In this document: piece by piece, positions 13,411-26,014 of the stretch | Layout of the letters: every line of letters begins with the position of its first letter | How positions within the stretch are numbered: position 1 is the stretch's first letter | Source: Blasia pusilla | Lineage: Eukaryota | Reading direction: 5' to 3' | DNA: 64,000 nucleotides | Assembly: GCA_050084515.1 (NCBI GenBank) | Contig: CM114271.1 | Location: 23,126,001-23,190,000, forward strand | Position numbers and translations under genes: made by a program | Notes under the pieces: model-generated | What the model was told of the DNA's origin: nothing | The model's input: only the letters and a program-made list of their open reading frames with translations | The model's database searches: none

Positions 13411-16400
13411 TGTTGTTCGGAGATGTGTTAGGCGCTTTATGCATCTCAGGTTTTTGGTTGATGTACCTCTAGCCCATAGTACGGTGTAGCCTCTCCATGC
13501 AGGTGATATTTTCAGGTGCTGCGAGTCCGACTAGCACGTCATCGACCCGCGGCGGAGTAGCTATTGCGTTAGAATTGTGTGGTGGGTTTTGTGGATACAG
13601 GGGGCGCCACGTTTGGTGGATTATGTTACCTTGATTTCCATTTGCGATTGGAGGATTGTCGTTGGCCTTCCTGTGTTGGATCCCCTCCATCGTTGCTTCT
13701 TGCTTGCGCGCCCATTGTTAGGGTTGACGCTGATTTCCAAAGAATGTGTTACTCCTGTGTGCTACCGGTAGTGAGGCTGGAGTGATGACCAGTAGACCGT
13801 GGGAGGCTTCTTGTGGTGATGACAGGTTAGGTTGCCTACACCCATAGCTAGTAGAGCTAGAATAGTATAGCGACATTGACGTCACTTGGTTACTTAGTGG
13901 TGATAATTTGGTGGTGGTGCGGCATTGGCGTTGGTCATCACGGAGCTATCGGGTGGTCTGGTTGGGGGCCGTGGTGCGGACAGTGGTGGTTTCACACGGA
14001 GTGGATTTAGGTATCGGCTAACTTGTCCACTTCCGACGGTTGATGAAGAGGAGGACGAGGGTGTTCCAAACACCGAGTCTCCTACGTTGTTATCGAGTGT
14101 TGCAGCTCCATTGATTTGGGACATGGACGGGATATATGGGGCCATGAAGGGCCCACAACGATACTCAGGTGCAGTGGGCACCATTGAGTTGGAGGACTTC
14201 ATGCAAGAGTTTGATATGTGGTGTGATATGCAGATGTTGCGGAACGCCACGTTGTTTACACCCTTCTTGGCTTGGAAGGGGTTGTTTCAGCACTTGGAGG
14301 GACCACCCATGGATGATAACCATGAGTTTCGGGAGGACCATGTTGCTGAGATTGAGGCGTGGAGACAATATTGGTCTCCAGGCTATGTGTCTATCACCTA
14401 TGGTGGTATTGGTAGTAGTGCTCCTACTAGGCCAGCCAGCCCGACGTTGAGTGGTACGAGTACGAGCCGGAGTAGGGGTACCAGTGGAGGTACCCATGGA
14501 GGTACCAGTGGGGGTACTTGTGGAGGTACTAGTGCCCCACCATCATTTAGCCCGGTTGTAGAGTTCTTCAAGAGGTTGAAGAAGAACTATCAGGGAGTGA
14601 AGAGAGAGAAGTTGAGGAGTTGAGGAGTCTTCAAGAATTTGAGCGAAAGAATGGTGAGAGTCTTCGTGAGGCATACACTCGTATGAGATGCTTGATTTCA
14701 GTTACCCAGGGTGTGACTGAGGCTCAGTCAGTTCAGTTTTGGTATGGGATCTTGGATAGAGAGTTGCGCCGCAGGGTACGTGATGCTACTCTTATGAGTG
14801 ATGATTCACCCACATTGACCCATGTGTTTGCTCTATCTGAGAAGATTGAGCTTAACATGGTGAAGGAGAGAGTGGTGACATCCGCATTCAGTAGGGATAC
14901 AACTACTACTTCTCGTGTTCAGCAGCCCACCTCACAGTCTCGTAGTACTGGTGGTGGTAGTAGTAGTGGGAGTCGTGGAGTGTACACACGACCTCAGTCA
15001 GGTCCTAGAGGGACACTTGCGCAGAGACCATTGCCTTCATTTGCTGCCCCGCAGCAAGGACAGTCATGTTGGACATGTGGAGGTGATCATGTTAGGAAGT
15101 TTTGTCCCCAATAGCATGGGAGACGGACTTTGGAGGATGGGCCTCAGTCGGCACCAACTCAGTGTGATCATTGCAGGAGGCCAGGTCATCCTCGAGAGCG
15201 TTGCTTTATCTTCATCCAGAGTTGAGATCAGGCCGCGGCTGTGGTGGAGTAGCTCCAAGAGGCCGAGGTGGTAGGGGTGGTAGAGGTGGACCAGTGGTTG
15301 GAGAGCCTACGGTGGCCACCCCTACCACTACGACAGAGTCAGCTATGGCTGCCAGGATTGAGCAGTTGGAGCAGAAGTTGGCTACTGTGGTTGGTATCCA
15401 ACATAGATCAAGTTCGGGAGGAGGGGCTTCCACCTCTTATGGAGGGGATGATCTCTCTTATATGGCGAGTGCAGCACATGTTGAGGCATGAGCTACAGTT
15501 ACGAGAGGAGCCACTCGAGCGTCAGAGCCAAGTGGTGCTACTGTGGAGTTGGACCCACAGAGGGGTGAGGCTGGGAGGCAGGCTAGGCTTCCCCAGTCAT
15601 ACTTATTGTCTGAGGTGCTGAGGACTCCATCCATGGTTCCTATGTAGCCTATTGAGCCGACAGTGGGGACTGAGGCATCTATATCGCGTGTAGTAGACAC
15701 GGATGCAACATCTAGTGCAGTATTGCGGATGGCAACTTCAGTGTTGGGATCCCCATTGTTTTCGGCCACAAAGCTGATGGCTTTAGGAGTTGACTTTGCT
15801 CCTGTATTTCAGCTAGCAACCACGTTGTGTGAACGTGGGGGTGTTACTGCTACAGGTGCTGAGGTGGATGAGGGTGTTGCGGTGGAGCGACCCTCTATGT
15901 CAGGTGTAGCATTGAGTACCAGTGCTACTTGGCAAGCAGCAGCGGCGAAGATGGATGCATTACCAGCCCCGCCAGCCATTGATCGTGAGAGGCTTACACC
16001 TGGTGTATGTATGTTGGACAACCGGAGTGGGATATTCCGATTGGTGAGTCCTACAGGACAGGTGTATAGACCATATAGAGTCTTGTTAGACTCTGGTGCC
16101 CAACCTTTGATGTTGGGAAAGGCGGCATGTATTGGTTTGGGTATTCGGAGGTCAGAGCTTGAGCCTTGCCCATTTCAGATTCAAACATCACTTGGAGGAG
16201 CCAATGATGGGTCTCAATTCATGACATGGGAGAAGTTTTCTGTACAGTTGAGACCAGATCATGCGACTAATAGCTCCCGATTGGGAGTATCTGCGGTAGT
16301 CACATCAGCCGAGTCGTATGATGTACTAGTTGGAGGAGCAGTATTGTACCCAATGGGTTTTCAGATGGATTACTGGACTGAGACAGCGTCTTATAGACCT

Positions 16401-16817
16401 GGTTGGCAGTCCGGGGATGGACGTATGATCCATGTTCCTGTGAGATTTATTTATGGGGCTCGACCAGGAGGGTCTTCCCCAACAGTGTTAGCATCTGTGG
16501 CTGGTTTTAGTGGAGTAGTCACTTGGCCAGGAGACTTTTTGGAGGGTAATGTTTCTCCTATGGATTCTCCTATGCATGAGGAGGTAGAGGAGGTCCCTAT
16601 TTTTGCAGCAGTGGCATCCTCATCGTTGGATGTGCCACTTTGGAGTTCACGCGGTGCACTACGGCAGGAGGCTAATCGACTAGTGCAGGAGGCTTGGTGT
16701 GAGGCTGTTATACCTCACGAGGAAGAGGAGGCCCCACGGCGGACTCCTACTTCCGGTCCAGTTGGGTTATCCCCTTTGGATACTACACCCATTGTATGGC
16801 AGTATCCGCCGGAGGGC

Positions 16818-17790
16818 ATTTGTGTGTTAGATCTCTTTGGTGGGATTAGCACTGGTTTGGCTGCAGTGTTGCAGGTCGGTATTCTTGTGCGGAGATACGT
16901 GTATGTAGAGCGAGATAATACGGCCTAGAGAGTCTCATCCTGACATATTGGTCAGTTGATGCGGAGATATCCTGAGTTGTTGCCGCCATCAGTTATTCGT
17001 GGGTACCAGCGTGCTTTGCCGTCACACATTGCATTGTTGGGGGCGTAGGACCTTGAGAGGGTTGGCCCTGTGGATTTGGTGATTTCTGGATGGCCATGTC
17101 AGGGTCATACACGTGTTGGTCGTGGTGAGGGATTACACGACCCTAGGTCTCGATTGTTTTGGGAGATGTTACGGGTGTTACGACATCTTCAGGTTCATCA
17201 GGCACGTGCTCTAGCTTACATTCTAGAGAATGTTCCATTGTTGGGTGACACTCGGACCCGGATGATGCCGAGTGTTCATGAGGTGCGGTCTTGGATTGGA
17301 CCAGCGGTGTTGTTGGATGCAGCGCGAGTTGGCTCGCGTGCACATCGTCCACGCTTGTGGTGGACAAACTTGTTGCCTAGGGAGGTTCTACGTCGAGCAT
17401 ATGATGCAGTGCAGGGGGATCCTTGCCTTACAATGGATAGTATCTTGGATACTGGGCGACTTTCTCAAGTGGTGAGGGTTATTGATCGGTCACCCATGGT
17501 AGTGGTGAACCGTGTGGGCCAACCTAGGATGGCACTATCCACATTTGTGAGTTTTCCCTCGTCACATGCATACAAGGAAGGTGGTCTCGGGCTTGTACGG
17601 GATTCTCATGTGCGACAGTTGGTGGAGCCTAACGCTGATGAGAGAGAGCGTGCGATGGGATTTGCTACTAGTGTGAGAGCGGTTGCTTCCATTTCTGAGG
17701 CTTCACGACATCATGTGTTGGGTCAGGCCATGGACCTGAATTGTTTGACTTGGATTTTGAGTCTTGGTATGGCCGAGCACCGTCAACTCC
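16818..17790 (+). pseudogene. DNMT3-like C5 cytosine methyltransferase domain within pol of copy B
   Basis: Motif I VLDLFGGI, II YVYVERD, IV ISGWPCQG (Cys codon 17097-17099), GLHDPRSRLFWEM, VI YILENV, VIII RAHRPRLWWTNL, IX ERERAMGF, X VLGQAMDL. Three in-frame stops at 16926, 16941 and 17046. Confidence 0.93.
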
Positions 17791-20700
17791 GGACTATGTT
17801 TGTGGGTCTTCCACCCCTTGTAATGAGTTCGATGGCTACCGGGACGGTAGAGGCATCGGCTGGGGGCGAGGAGAGTAGTATTTTGCATCCTTGGAGTAAA
17901 TGGGATGTAATGGCTGGGCATGTGGAGTTGGTTGCTCATGCTGGTGGAGGAGTTATTTGCTCAGATGATGGTGTAGCTAAGGGTGTACCATCTTGTGAGG
18001 GGGTTGCGTAGCAGCCAATGGCATCGTCCTCTCCCTCTAGTGTGCCAGTGGAGGAGACTTGGGAGCCATTACTTGGGCCCAAGCTTACGGGAGGTGAGAA
18101 ACGACGTTTGACACAGTTCCCACGTGCTTATAGGAGTTGTTTTGCCTTTAGCATGAAGGAGTTGGGTTCTCTGGTGGGACCTGATATACTGATTGATTTG
18201 GCTAGTGATACGCCAATCTTCCGTCGTCCCTACCGATATAGTGATATGGAGAGGGACCTGATTCAGAGTAGGACGTTGGACCTTTTGGAGGCTGGATTAG
18301 TGGAGTTGTCGCATGGAGAGTATGCATCAGCCACTGTCATGCCTGCTAAAAAGGATATGCATGGCAACTACACGGATAGGCGGATGTGTGGAGATTACCG
18401 GCCTATCAATCGGCAAACCAAGGCCGATAGGTATGCCATGCCTACACCTCATGAGATCTTTGATATGGTGGGACAAGCAGAGATTCTCAGCACTTTGGAT
18501 CTTCGGGCAGGATACCATCAATTGCCGATTCGGGAGAGTGACAAGGCCAAGACAGCATTTTGGGGTGTCAACTCTCATGGCAAGGATTGTTTGTACCACT
18601 GGAAATTCTTACCCTTTGGGTTAAAGAATGCACCAGCCGAGTTTCAGAGAGTGATGGACAGGATCCTAGAAGGGTTGGATTTTGTTTGGTGTTACATTGA
18701 TGATATCTTGGTGCTCAGTAACACGGTGGAGGAGCATCAGATACATTTGCAGATGGTGTTTGAGCGGTTGAAAGCTCATGGTCTACGTTTGCATCCAGGA
18801 AAGTGTAAGTTCTTCCATGAGGATGTTGAGTACTTGGGTCATGTGATCTATCCAGGTGGTTTGGAAGTTCAACAAGCAAAGGTGGAGGCTATTGCACTTA
18901 TTCCGCGTCCGGTAGATGTGAGTAGAGTTCGAGCATTCATGGGATTGGCGAACTAATATTAGAGGTATGTGAAGGGATTTAGTGCCATGGCAAAGCCTTT
19001 GAACCAATTGCTGAAATCAGATCAAGAGTGGCATTGGGGAGATGATCAGGAGAGAGCTTTTGTGGAGCTTAAGGCCAAGTTGGTGGCGGCGCCTATCTTG
19101 AGGAGATCTATCAGAGGGCGCCCATTTCAATTACACACTGATTGGAGTAGTTTGGGACTTGGAGCGGTGTTGACACAACATGATGATGAGCACATGGAGT
19201 TTGTGGTGGCCTATGCAAGTCGTTCGAATAATGCATCGGAGTTGCGCTATAGTTCATATGAGGGAGAGTGCTTGGCAGTAGTGTGGGTTGTGGCACACTT
19301 TAGGTGTTACTTGTTTGGCACACAGTTTACCCTTGTTACTGATCACCAGCCGCTCAAGTGGTTGATGGAGTCTGACAAGCTTACAGGGAAGCTTGCACGG
19401 TGGGCTCTTATCTTACAGGATTATGACTTCTAGGTGGTACATAGACCTGGAGTTGCCAACCTTGATGCTGACGGGTTGAGTAGGAACCCATGTACTAGCC
19501 AAGAGGATACAATTGGGGCTAGATGGCATGGCGAGGTTGATGAGGAGATGGTGCCAGGTTGGCATGCATCCGCCTTTTTATGTTGGTTAGAGGTGGACTC
19601 TAGTATGGAGGACCACATGATATCTTACTCTAGTCAGAGGGTAGATGGCCAGCCTTCAGATCCTAAGGTGGGAGATGGTGGTACGGATCAGCGTGATATT
19701 CATGATGATGCGTTGGTGTTGGAGTTCCTACGGACCAGTAGGGTGCCAGGCATAGTGTGTGCCAAGGAGCAAGACCATGTTCTTCAACGTGCTAAGAGGT
19801 ATCAATTGGAGGGAACACATATTCTCCGTGTGTTGGAGGATAGTAGAGTACGAGTAGTGCCGCATTTGGCTCAGAGAGAGTACATTGTGCGACATGCCCA
19901 TGAGGAGTTGGGACATTTTGGGGTAAAGCGTACGTATAGCTTACTCCTTGGTCAGTATTGGTGGCGTGGCATGCATACTCAGGTGCAGCAGTTGGTGTCA
20001 TGTTGTATGGTTTGTGACCGGGTGAGGGCATCATTCAATGCCCCTACACCACAATTACACCCCTTGCCTATTATGGGGTTGGGTTACCGTTGGAGTGTGG
20101 ACTTTTGGACCCGTTGCTGTTGGTATTGCGACATCATCGATATGTGTTGGTGATGGTGGAGCACTTCTCCAAGTGGATTGAGTTGGTGGCATTACCTGAC
20201 AAGGCAAGTGAGGGAACGGCGTATGCGTTTCTTGATAGAGTGCTTAGTCATTTTGGTGCACCAGTTGAAGTGCTGACCGACCAGGGTACAAAGTTTCAGG
20301 GTGAGTTTCAGGTCTTGTGTGACAAGGCGTTGATTGATCATCGGACCACGTCTCAAGATCATCCAGAGGCATATGGTTTGGCTGAGCGTGTGGTTCAGAC
20401 GATGAAGAGGGCATTGCGCAAGTATGGCCTACAGAAGGGGCATCTTGGTGACAAGGATATTCAGTTGTCATGGTTAGCCATGGGGTATAGGTTCAGTCGC
20501 CAAGCATCCTTGGCTTCCTTCTCACCTTATTTTCTATTATACGGCCAAGATCCAGACTTGCCAACAGCAATTCGTCGGGAGTCTAGTGAGGTGGTGAACT
20601 TTGATGACCCAGAGATGTGGATGAGGGTGTGTTCTCAGCGGGCAGAGCTCTTTCGGAGAGTTATGACAACAGCCTTTGAGAATCTTGCCATTGCTCAACA

Positions 20701-20995
20701 TAGAGATACGTTGCGGTATGCAACCATTTGGGGTGGAGGTTATCGACCATCGATTCGTAGGTTCCATGTGGGGGACTATGTCTATTTGCAGCAGATTGCA
20801 CCGACAACCTTGGATGTGACGGCAGACCGCACTATTTTACGAGTGCGCGAGGTGTTAGCTTCTGGAGTTCTCATGTTCGAGGGTCGTGATGGAGTTGTTT
20901 GGAAGGACCATGTGCGTAATTGTGCGCCATGTCATCTTCCAAATGTGGATGGTACTGTTGACCCAAGCTTAGCCATGATACGTGCTAGCTTGAGG

Positions 20996-21133
20996 TGCAT
21001 GTTGTGTGGGTCTGCTGGTAACGCAGCCCGTATGTTGGTGTGTGATCGTTGTTCTAGGGGTTGGCACATTATGTGTTTGACTCCACGTATGGATGTTGTT
21101 CCTAGTGGAAGGTGGGTTTTTCCTCGATGTACT
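20996..21133 (+). other. PHD finger at the integrase C-terminus of copy B
   Basis: CMLC...MLVCDRCSRGWHIMCLTP....PSGRWVFPRC follows the C4HC3 pattern, with the penultimate Cys replaced by Phe. Confidence 0.85.
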
Positions 21134-21417
21134 TAGGAGAGGTAGATGACTTGATCTTTGCATGATATGGATTATAGATGTGCGACTAACGATGGAGCAA
21201 CCTAGCACCCGGCCTTCTGATTCGTGCACCCAAGAAGGTGTATAGCATGTAGTAGATGTATAGGGCTACCTAGGAGTTAGAGAGACCTAACCGCCAGTTA
21301 GGGAGGCGAGTTGTGGTACACTTGTGTTTGTGAATGCTCTCGTCTATGTTATGTATGTATGTGAGTATGGTATGTCAGCGATGTATGTTGTATGACGATG
21401 TGGATTCGCACGACAGT

Positions 21418-21764
21418 TGTCATGACCATACGGATTATGTCGTAGAGTATAGTGTGCTAGTAGAGGCCATACCTTATGTAGGGCATGGTGTCTAAGGTAG
21501 AGATGCGATTTCATACATAGGGTTGGGGGTTACTCAGTTGAGGGTGAGCTTTCCAGTAGGGCCCGCTCTTAGGTTGGAGGATATATGGTGGAGTGCACTC
21601 AAAGAATAGTCAGTTCTTTGAGTTGAGCCTGTTGCGTTGGGAGCTAGCCTTAGTAGTGAGTAGAGCTCTTTGCTATGGTATTTCCCGCAAGCTTCGACCT
21701 AGATTCTCCCGTCGTGGAGTAGGTTTGGCTTGATTGTATGTGATTCTATACGTGTTTTATGACA
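21418..21764 (+). repeat. Candidate 3' LTR of copy B
   Basis: Termini TGTCAT...ATGACA are inverted. The start is at the position equivalent to the LTR start in copy D. No second copy is present to confirm it. Confidence 0.5.
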
Positions 21765-21927
21765 GTAGGTCTTTCACGGATTTCAGTTGTGGTACACTTG
21801 TGTTTGTGGATGCTCTCGTCTATGTTATGTATGTATGTGAGTATGGTATGTCAGCGATGTATGTTGTATGACGATGTGGATTCGCACGACATCTTTCACA
21901 GCCGGGTGACTTGTTCAGGAGGAGCAA

Positions 21928-22202
21928 TAAGAGGAGAGGAAGAGAGGAAGAGAGGAAGAGATGAGAGAGGAGAGAGGAAACTACCTTCAACCCAAAGAGA
22001 TATTTTTTTTGAAGAGAGTTTCCTTTGATTTGAAGAGAGTTTCCGTTGGGTTGAAGAAGGAAACTTTGGTCTGAATTTTTTGCATTTTTGTTCTCAGTGT
22101 TTAAGCACTCCAACAGAATTTTTTTTCCTCTTCCATATTTTGGCAACCCACCTGAATCCGACGGGTTGCAATTTGCACAAAATTTTAAAAACTAAAAAAT
22201 CA
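21928..22202 (+). repeat. Terminal fragment of the MULE-like family (homologous to 36925-37201)
   Basis: About 275 bp near-copy: TAAGAGGAGAGGAAGAGAGG...AAACTACCTTCAACC...CCGACGGGTTGCAA. Confidence 0.85.
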
Positions 22203-22209
22203 AATCACC

Positions 22210-23505
22210 TCTATGATGATGAAATGGTTGTTGATGAAAGTGGGACTGAGAATATTAACCTCAATAAAACCAATGATCCCAATATCCCATCTGATTTTCA
22301 GGAACTTGCTGCAGCATGCAAGCCACTCTTCCTAGGAGCGAAGAGTTCTTTATTTGCATTTGTTATGCTCCTTTTCAATGTTGGTGCTACCCATGGGGTC
22401 CCCAATATTGTAATTGATGAGATATTGAAACTCCTATGTAAGATGGTACTCCCATCTGAAAATCTTGTCCCACCATCATACTATGCAGCAAATAAACTCA
22501 TTAGTAAACTTGGTTTGAGCTAAAACTCTATACATGCGTGCCCTAAAGGGTGTGTTCTATTTCGAGGGGAATTGGAAGATGGAGAAAATTGCCCAAAGTG
22601 TGGGAATGCTAGGTTCAACCAAGTCGGGAAATCTTTAGTACCAAACAAGGTATTGAGACACTTCCCTATAATCCCTAGGATGCGGCAAATGTATAAGTGT
22701 AGGGCTTTGTCAGAGTTATTGATCAAATCTTCCAAAAACAAGAGTAAGGATGGCATGTTGAGGCATGTAGGAGACAGCAAGGCTTGAAATCATATTGATT
22801 GTTTATACCCAGACTTTGTTGTAGAGAGTAGGAATTGTAGGTTTGGTTTGGCACTTGATGGTGTCAATCCATACTCTGATAAGGCTAGCTCATGGTCAAC
22901 ATGGCCAATCCTATTGGTTAATTACAATTTGCCAGCTTGGCTTCAAACCAAGAAGTTTTTGTCATGTTGGCTCTTATCATACATGGCAAGGAGAGTGTGA
23001 ATGGAGAAAATATCAACACTTTTTTGGCCCCCTTGGTAGAGGAGTTTAGGGAGTTGTGGAATGGAATTGAATTCCAAGATGTTTGTAGACCACACAGGTA
23101 TTTGGGGTTCAAATTTAGAGCCATGATATTGTGGACTATAAATGATTACCCAACATATGGCACAATCTCAAGGCAAAGCCATGGTGGGACACTCGCGTGT
23201 ACAGTATGTGGACCTTATATGCATTCGTATTTCTCCAAACTATGTGGAAAGCCCATATTTGGTTGCCATCGAAGACATCTTCTAGTAGACCATGTTTGTA
23301 GAGGACGAGCTTACGGCTTCCAATTCAATGATGAAGGAGAAACTAGACCAGCGCCTCCAAGAATTACAATTGATCAAATTCTTAGATGGGCGGAGGAGAA
23401 AAAACATATGATGACAAAGGTGTTTGAGAGGATGCTCCTACTAATCCATACAAGAGGACGGGAGTGAAGCGGCGAAGTATTTTGTTTGATTTTCCATATT
23501 GGAAA
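22210..23505 (+). pseudogene. CACTA Tnp2/Transposase_21 catalytic region, disrupted
   Basis: IHACPKGCVLFRG, CPKCGNARF, KVLRHFPIIPR, LALDGVNP, STWPILLVNYNL, FLAPLVEE, LWTINDYP and CTVC motifs, with stops and frameshifts. Confidence 0.92.
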
Positions 23506-25267
23506 GTATCCAACATCATGTTTATTTCTGGTTTTCCCGTTTGAAGTGTATCTTTGCTTGCTGATCTATAAATATTTATATATGTATATATATATTTCCT
23601 TGGCCTGAAAGTAGGATCTTCTAATATGACACACCCTAGATGTTAGCATGTGGAGAAAAAAAATCTCTGAAAATATAGTTAAGACTCTAAGGTTGTGACT
23701 TTAAATCACAATGGACTGGGAGGTTTAGAGGGGTTATCTGTAAGTTCTCCTTAGCTTTCATTTCTTTTATATTGAATAATTTTGCAACTTAATTTCAAAT
23801 TGGTAACATTTGTTAATTTTTACTATTTATAATATGATTCATGGGTTTCTAAATATGTAGGGCAGAGGTGGATCAACCACGCCAACAAGTATAGGTGTTA
23901 TTGAGAATGGACAAAGGGAAAAGCAAGAGAGCCTTGTAAGTTAACTCTCCTTATGTCTATATTCTTTTACTACATTGAGATTTCTGTTGTTGCATCAGAG
24001 CTTCTCATACTACTATGTATTCATTCTCCTTGGTTTGTATGTATGAAAACTATAGGCTTGAGGACTAACGAGCCTCAACAAGAAACACCAGCAACGAGTG
24101 AGAGCCTCTTCACTTGAGGTTCACAAGTGAGTATTGACCTATGTGTTATATCTTGCTTCAGTGTTTGATTTATTTTCATACAATTAGTGCTAAGTGAAGA
24201 GTATAAGCATATATTTATTTGATTTCAGATGAGTGTTGAGTCCATCATAAGTACCCAACTTCTGAAGGTAGAGAAGAAATGGAGTGAAGATATGGAAGTC
24301 ATAAAGGGTGATCTTGATTAGAAATTGGAGAGGAACCAACTTCTTTGGGAGAAGAAGATGAACCTGAACCAATCCAATCCTTGATAGAGGAGAAGTTGGA
24401 GAAGAAAAAAAAGGAACAGAAAGAGGCCTTCTCCATGCTTGTTGAAATTATCAACAAGCTTTCAGAGAACAGGAGGCATAAAGTGCATACATCCGGTCCA
24501 TCTAGGGGCCTTACTACGAGTCAACAAGATGGTAAGAGCTCTCTCTTGAGCAATCTAATTTTGAAACATTTGGTAATCAAATTACCTATAAATTCATGAC
24601 CCTTCCTTTTAAATTGTATGGCAAGCCGTGCTAGTCTTGAGGATAAGCATGCAGGTCTTGGAGCAGATGTTGTGGGTGTGGAGAAGGAGGTATCAAGGGA
24701 GTTACATGGGCGAAGCCATGTCACTCAAGCTAGTAAGTGTTGAGTTCAATCTGTTTCCTTTGGTTGATTCCATGTACATGATTCCTTATAGTCATGATTT
24801 ATTGTGTTTCTTATAAACAATGTTGTTGTATGATAAACAACAAGTGAAATGAAGTGAAATCCTCTTTGCCCTCTAGTAAAAACAGACGAGCAACCCTCTT
24901 AAGTGTGCTTATCTTCCCATTTTTTGTTGTTGTCTCTATTTTTTCTATCAATTTTGATACCCCATGGGCAGATTTGATTGTTGCAGAGAACCAGTCTTCT
25001 CCACAAAAAAAAAAGTGTTACAAGAGTGTTATTTGAAGCCATTCAAGCAGCAAGTAGTGAACAAGACAATGATCTCAAGTCATGGAGCAACAAGAAACAC
25101 ACAGGGAAGGTATATACACTCGAAAAAAACACATTTTTGGTTGCCATAATCAGAACTTAGTTCTACTGCTATTGTATTATACCTGAGATATCAGATCCCG
25201 ATAATACTTTGGAGTGTTTGTCCAATATGTGTCTATAATGACTCATCCTTGTATCTTGGGTTTGCAG

Positions 25268-25543
25268 ATTCGTGTAGGAGATAATGTTAAACTCACCAAG
25301 CCCAAGCTCAACAATACAATTATGGGTAGTGGTGTTGTATCGGGTTTGATTGGACAGGAAAAATTTCACGGGAATGACATTCCACTTGGGTTGATGCGAG
25401 TGGATCTCAAGTTTGTCCAATTTGCGTTCTTGGATCATAAGTTATGGCAGTAAAATGAGGCTGACATGTCATCCCAATACACTTTGGGTAACGCTCTTGG
25501 AAGTTCACTACTTTGGCCTAAAGTAAATTTGAAGAAATTATAG
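25268..25543 (+). pseudogene. CACTA Tnp1/TnpA-like C-terminal exon
   Basis: IRVGDNVKL...GSGVV...FHGNDIPLGLMRVDL...LGSSLLWPK after a TTGCAG acceptor. One internal stop. Confidence 0.5.
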
Positions 25544-26014
25544 GCTTGTATTCTAAATTCATACCTCTATGTTTAGGTGTAGGAATTAATTACACTACCA
25601 CATGTTCTATTATTATATATCTCTCTGTAATCTTGGACCCATCAGAAATTTACCATTGATTACATGTAGTAATTTTCTGCTTATATGAAAATACTCAACT
25701 TTCTTCTTGTTTTGATTAAGCAATGTGAGTGGAGACTCATTAGGTCTGAATGCTTTCATTGCATTCAAACAATGGATAGGAGTTTCCGATCTAAAATATC
25801 TAGGTCTTTCCTTTGTTTTGCTTATTTTATCAATGCATTGTAAGAGTGAAAGAAAGTGTTACACCCCGTAGGGGAGGGAACCATTGCCTTCTTGCATGAG
25901 ACCCACTATTATCAACCGTGTAATCATTGAATCATTTGATCATTGAAAAAACTTATTCAAAGACTAAAATATTTTACATGATGTGCAATCCAAATCACAT
26001 CCAACAAAAATGCA

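Larger units (their letters stand above)
13925..21136 (+). pseudogene. Single gag-pol polyprotein (about 2400 codons reconstructed) disrupted by nonsense codons and about 3 frameshifts
   Basis: Gag, knuckles CWTCGGDHVRKFC and CDHCRRPGHPRERC, protease VLLDSGAQ, RT LDL..GYHQ/PFGLKNAP/YIDD, RNase H LHTDWS...TDHQPL, integrase HHCC + DDE core, and PHD. ORFs 15171, 15663, 17070, 18018, 18969 and 19434 share one frame. The frameshift at ~14613-14628 is an 8-nt tandem duplication (TGAGGAGT). Confidence 0.9.
13411..21764 (+). mobile_element. Ty3/Gypsy retrotransposon copy B: gag-PR-DNMT3-like-RT-RH-IN-PHD, 5' LTR not found
   Basis: Domain order PR-RT-RH-IN defines Gypsy. All domains are recognisable, and a candidate 3' LTR lies at 21418-21764. 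Confidence 0.92.

Noticed and set aside
13411-13824. TG...CA segment as the 5' LTR of copy B
   Set aside because: No similarity to the 3' end of the element or to the 402-type LTR.
16818-17790. Host DNMT3 gene or bacterial restriction-modification contamination
   Set aside because: Intronless, in frame with PR and RT, and present at the same position in three retroelement copies.
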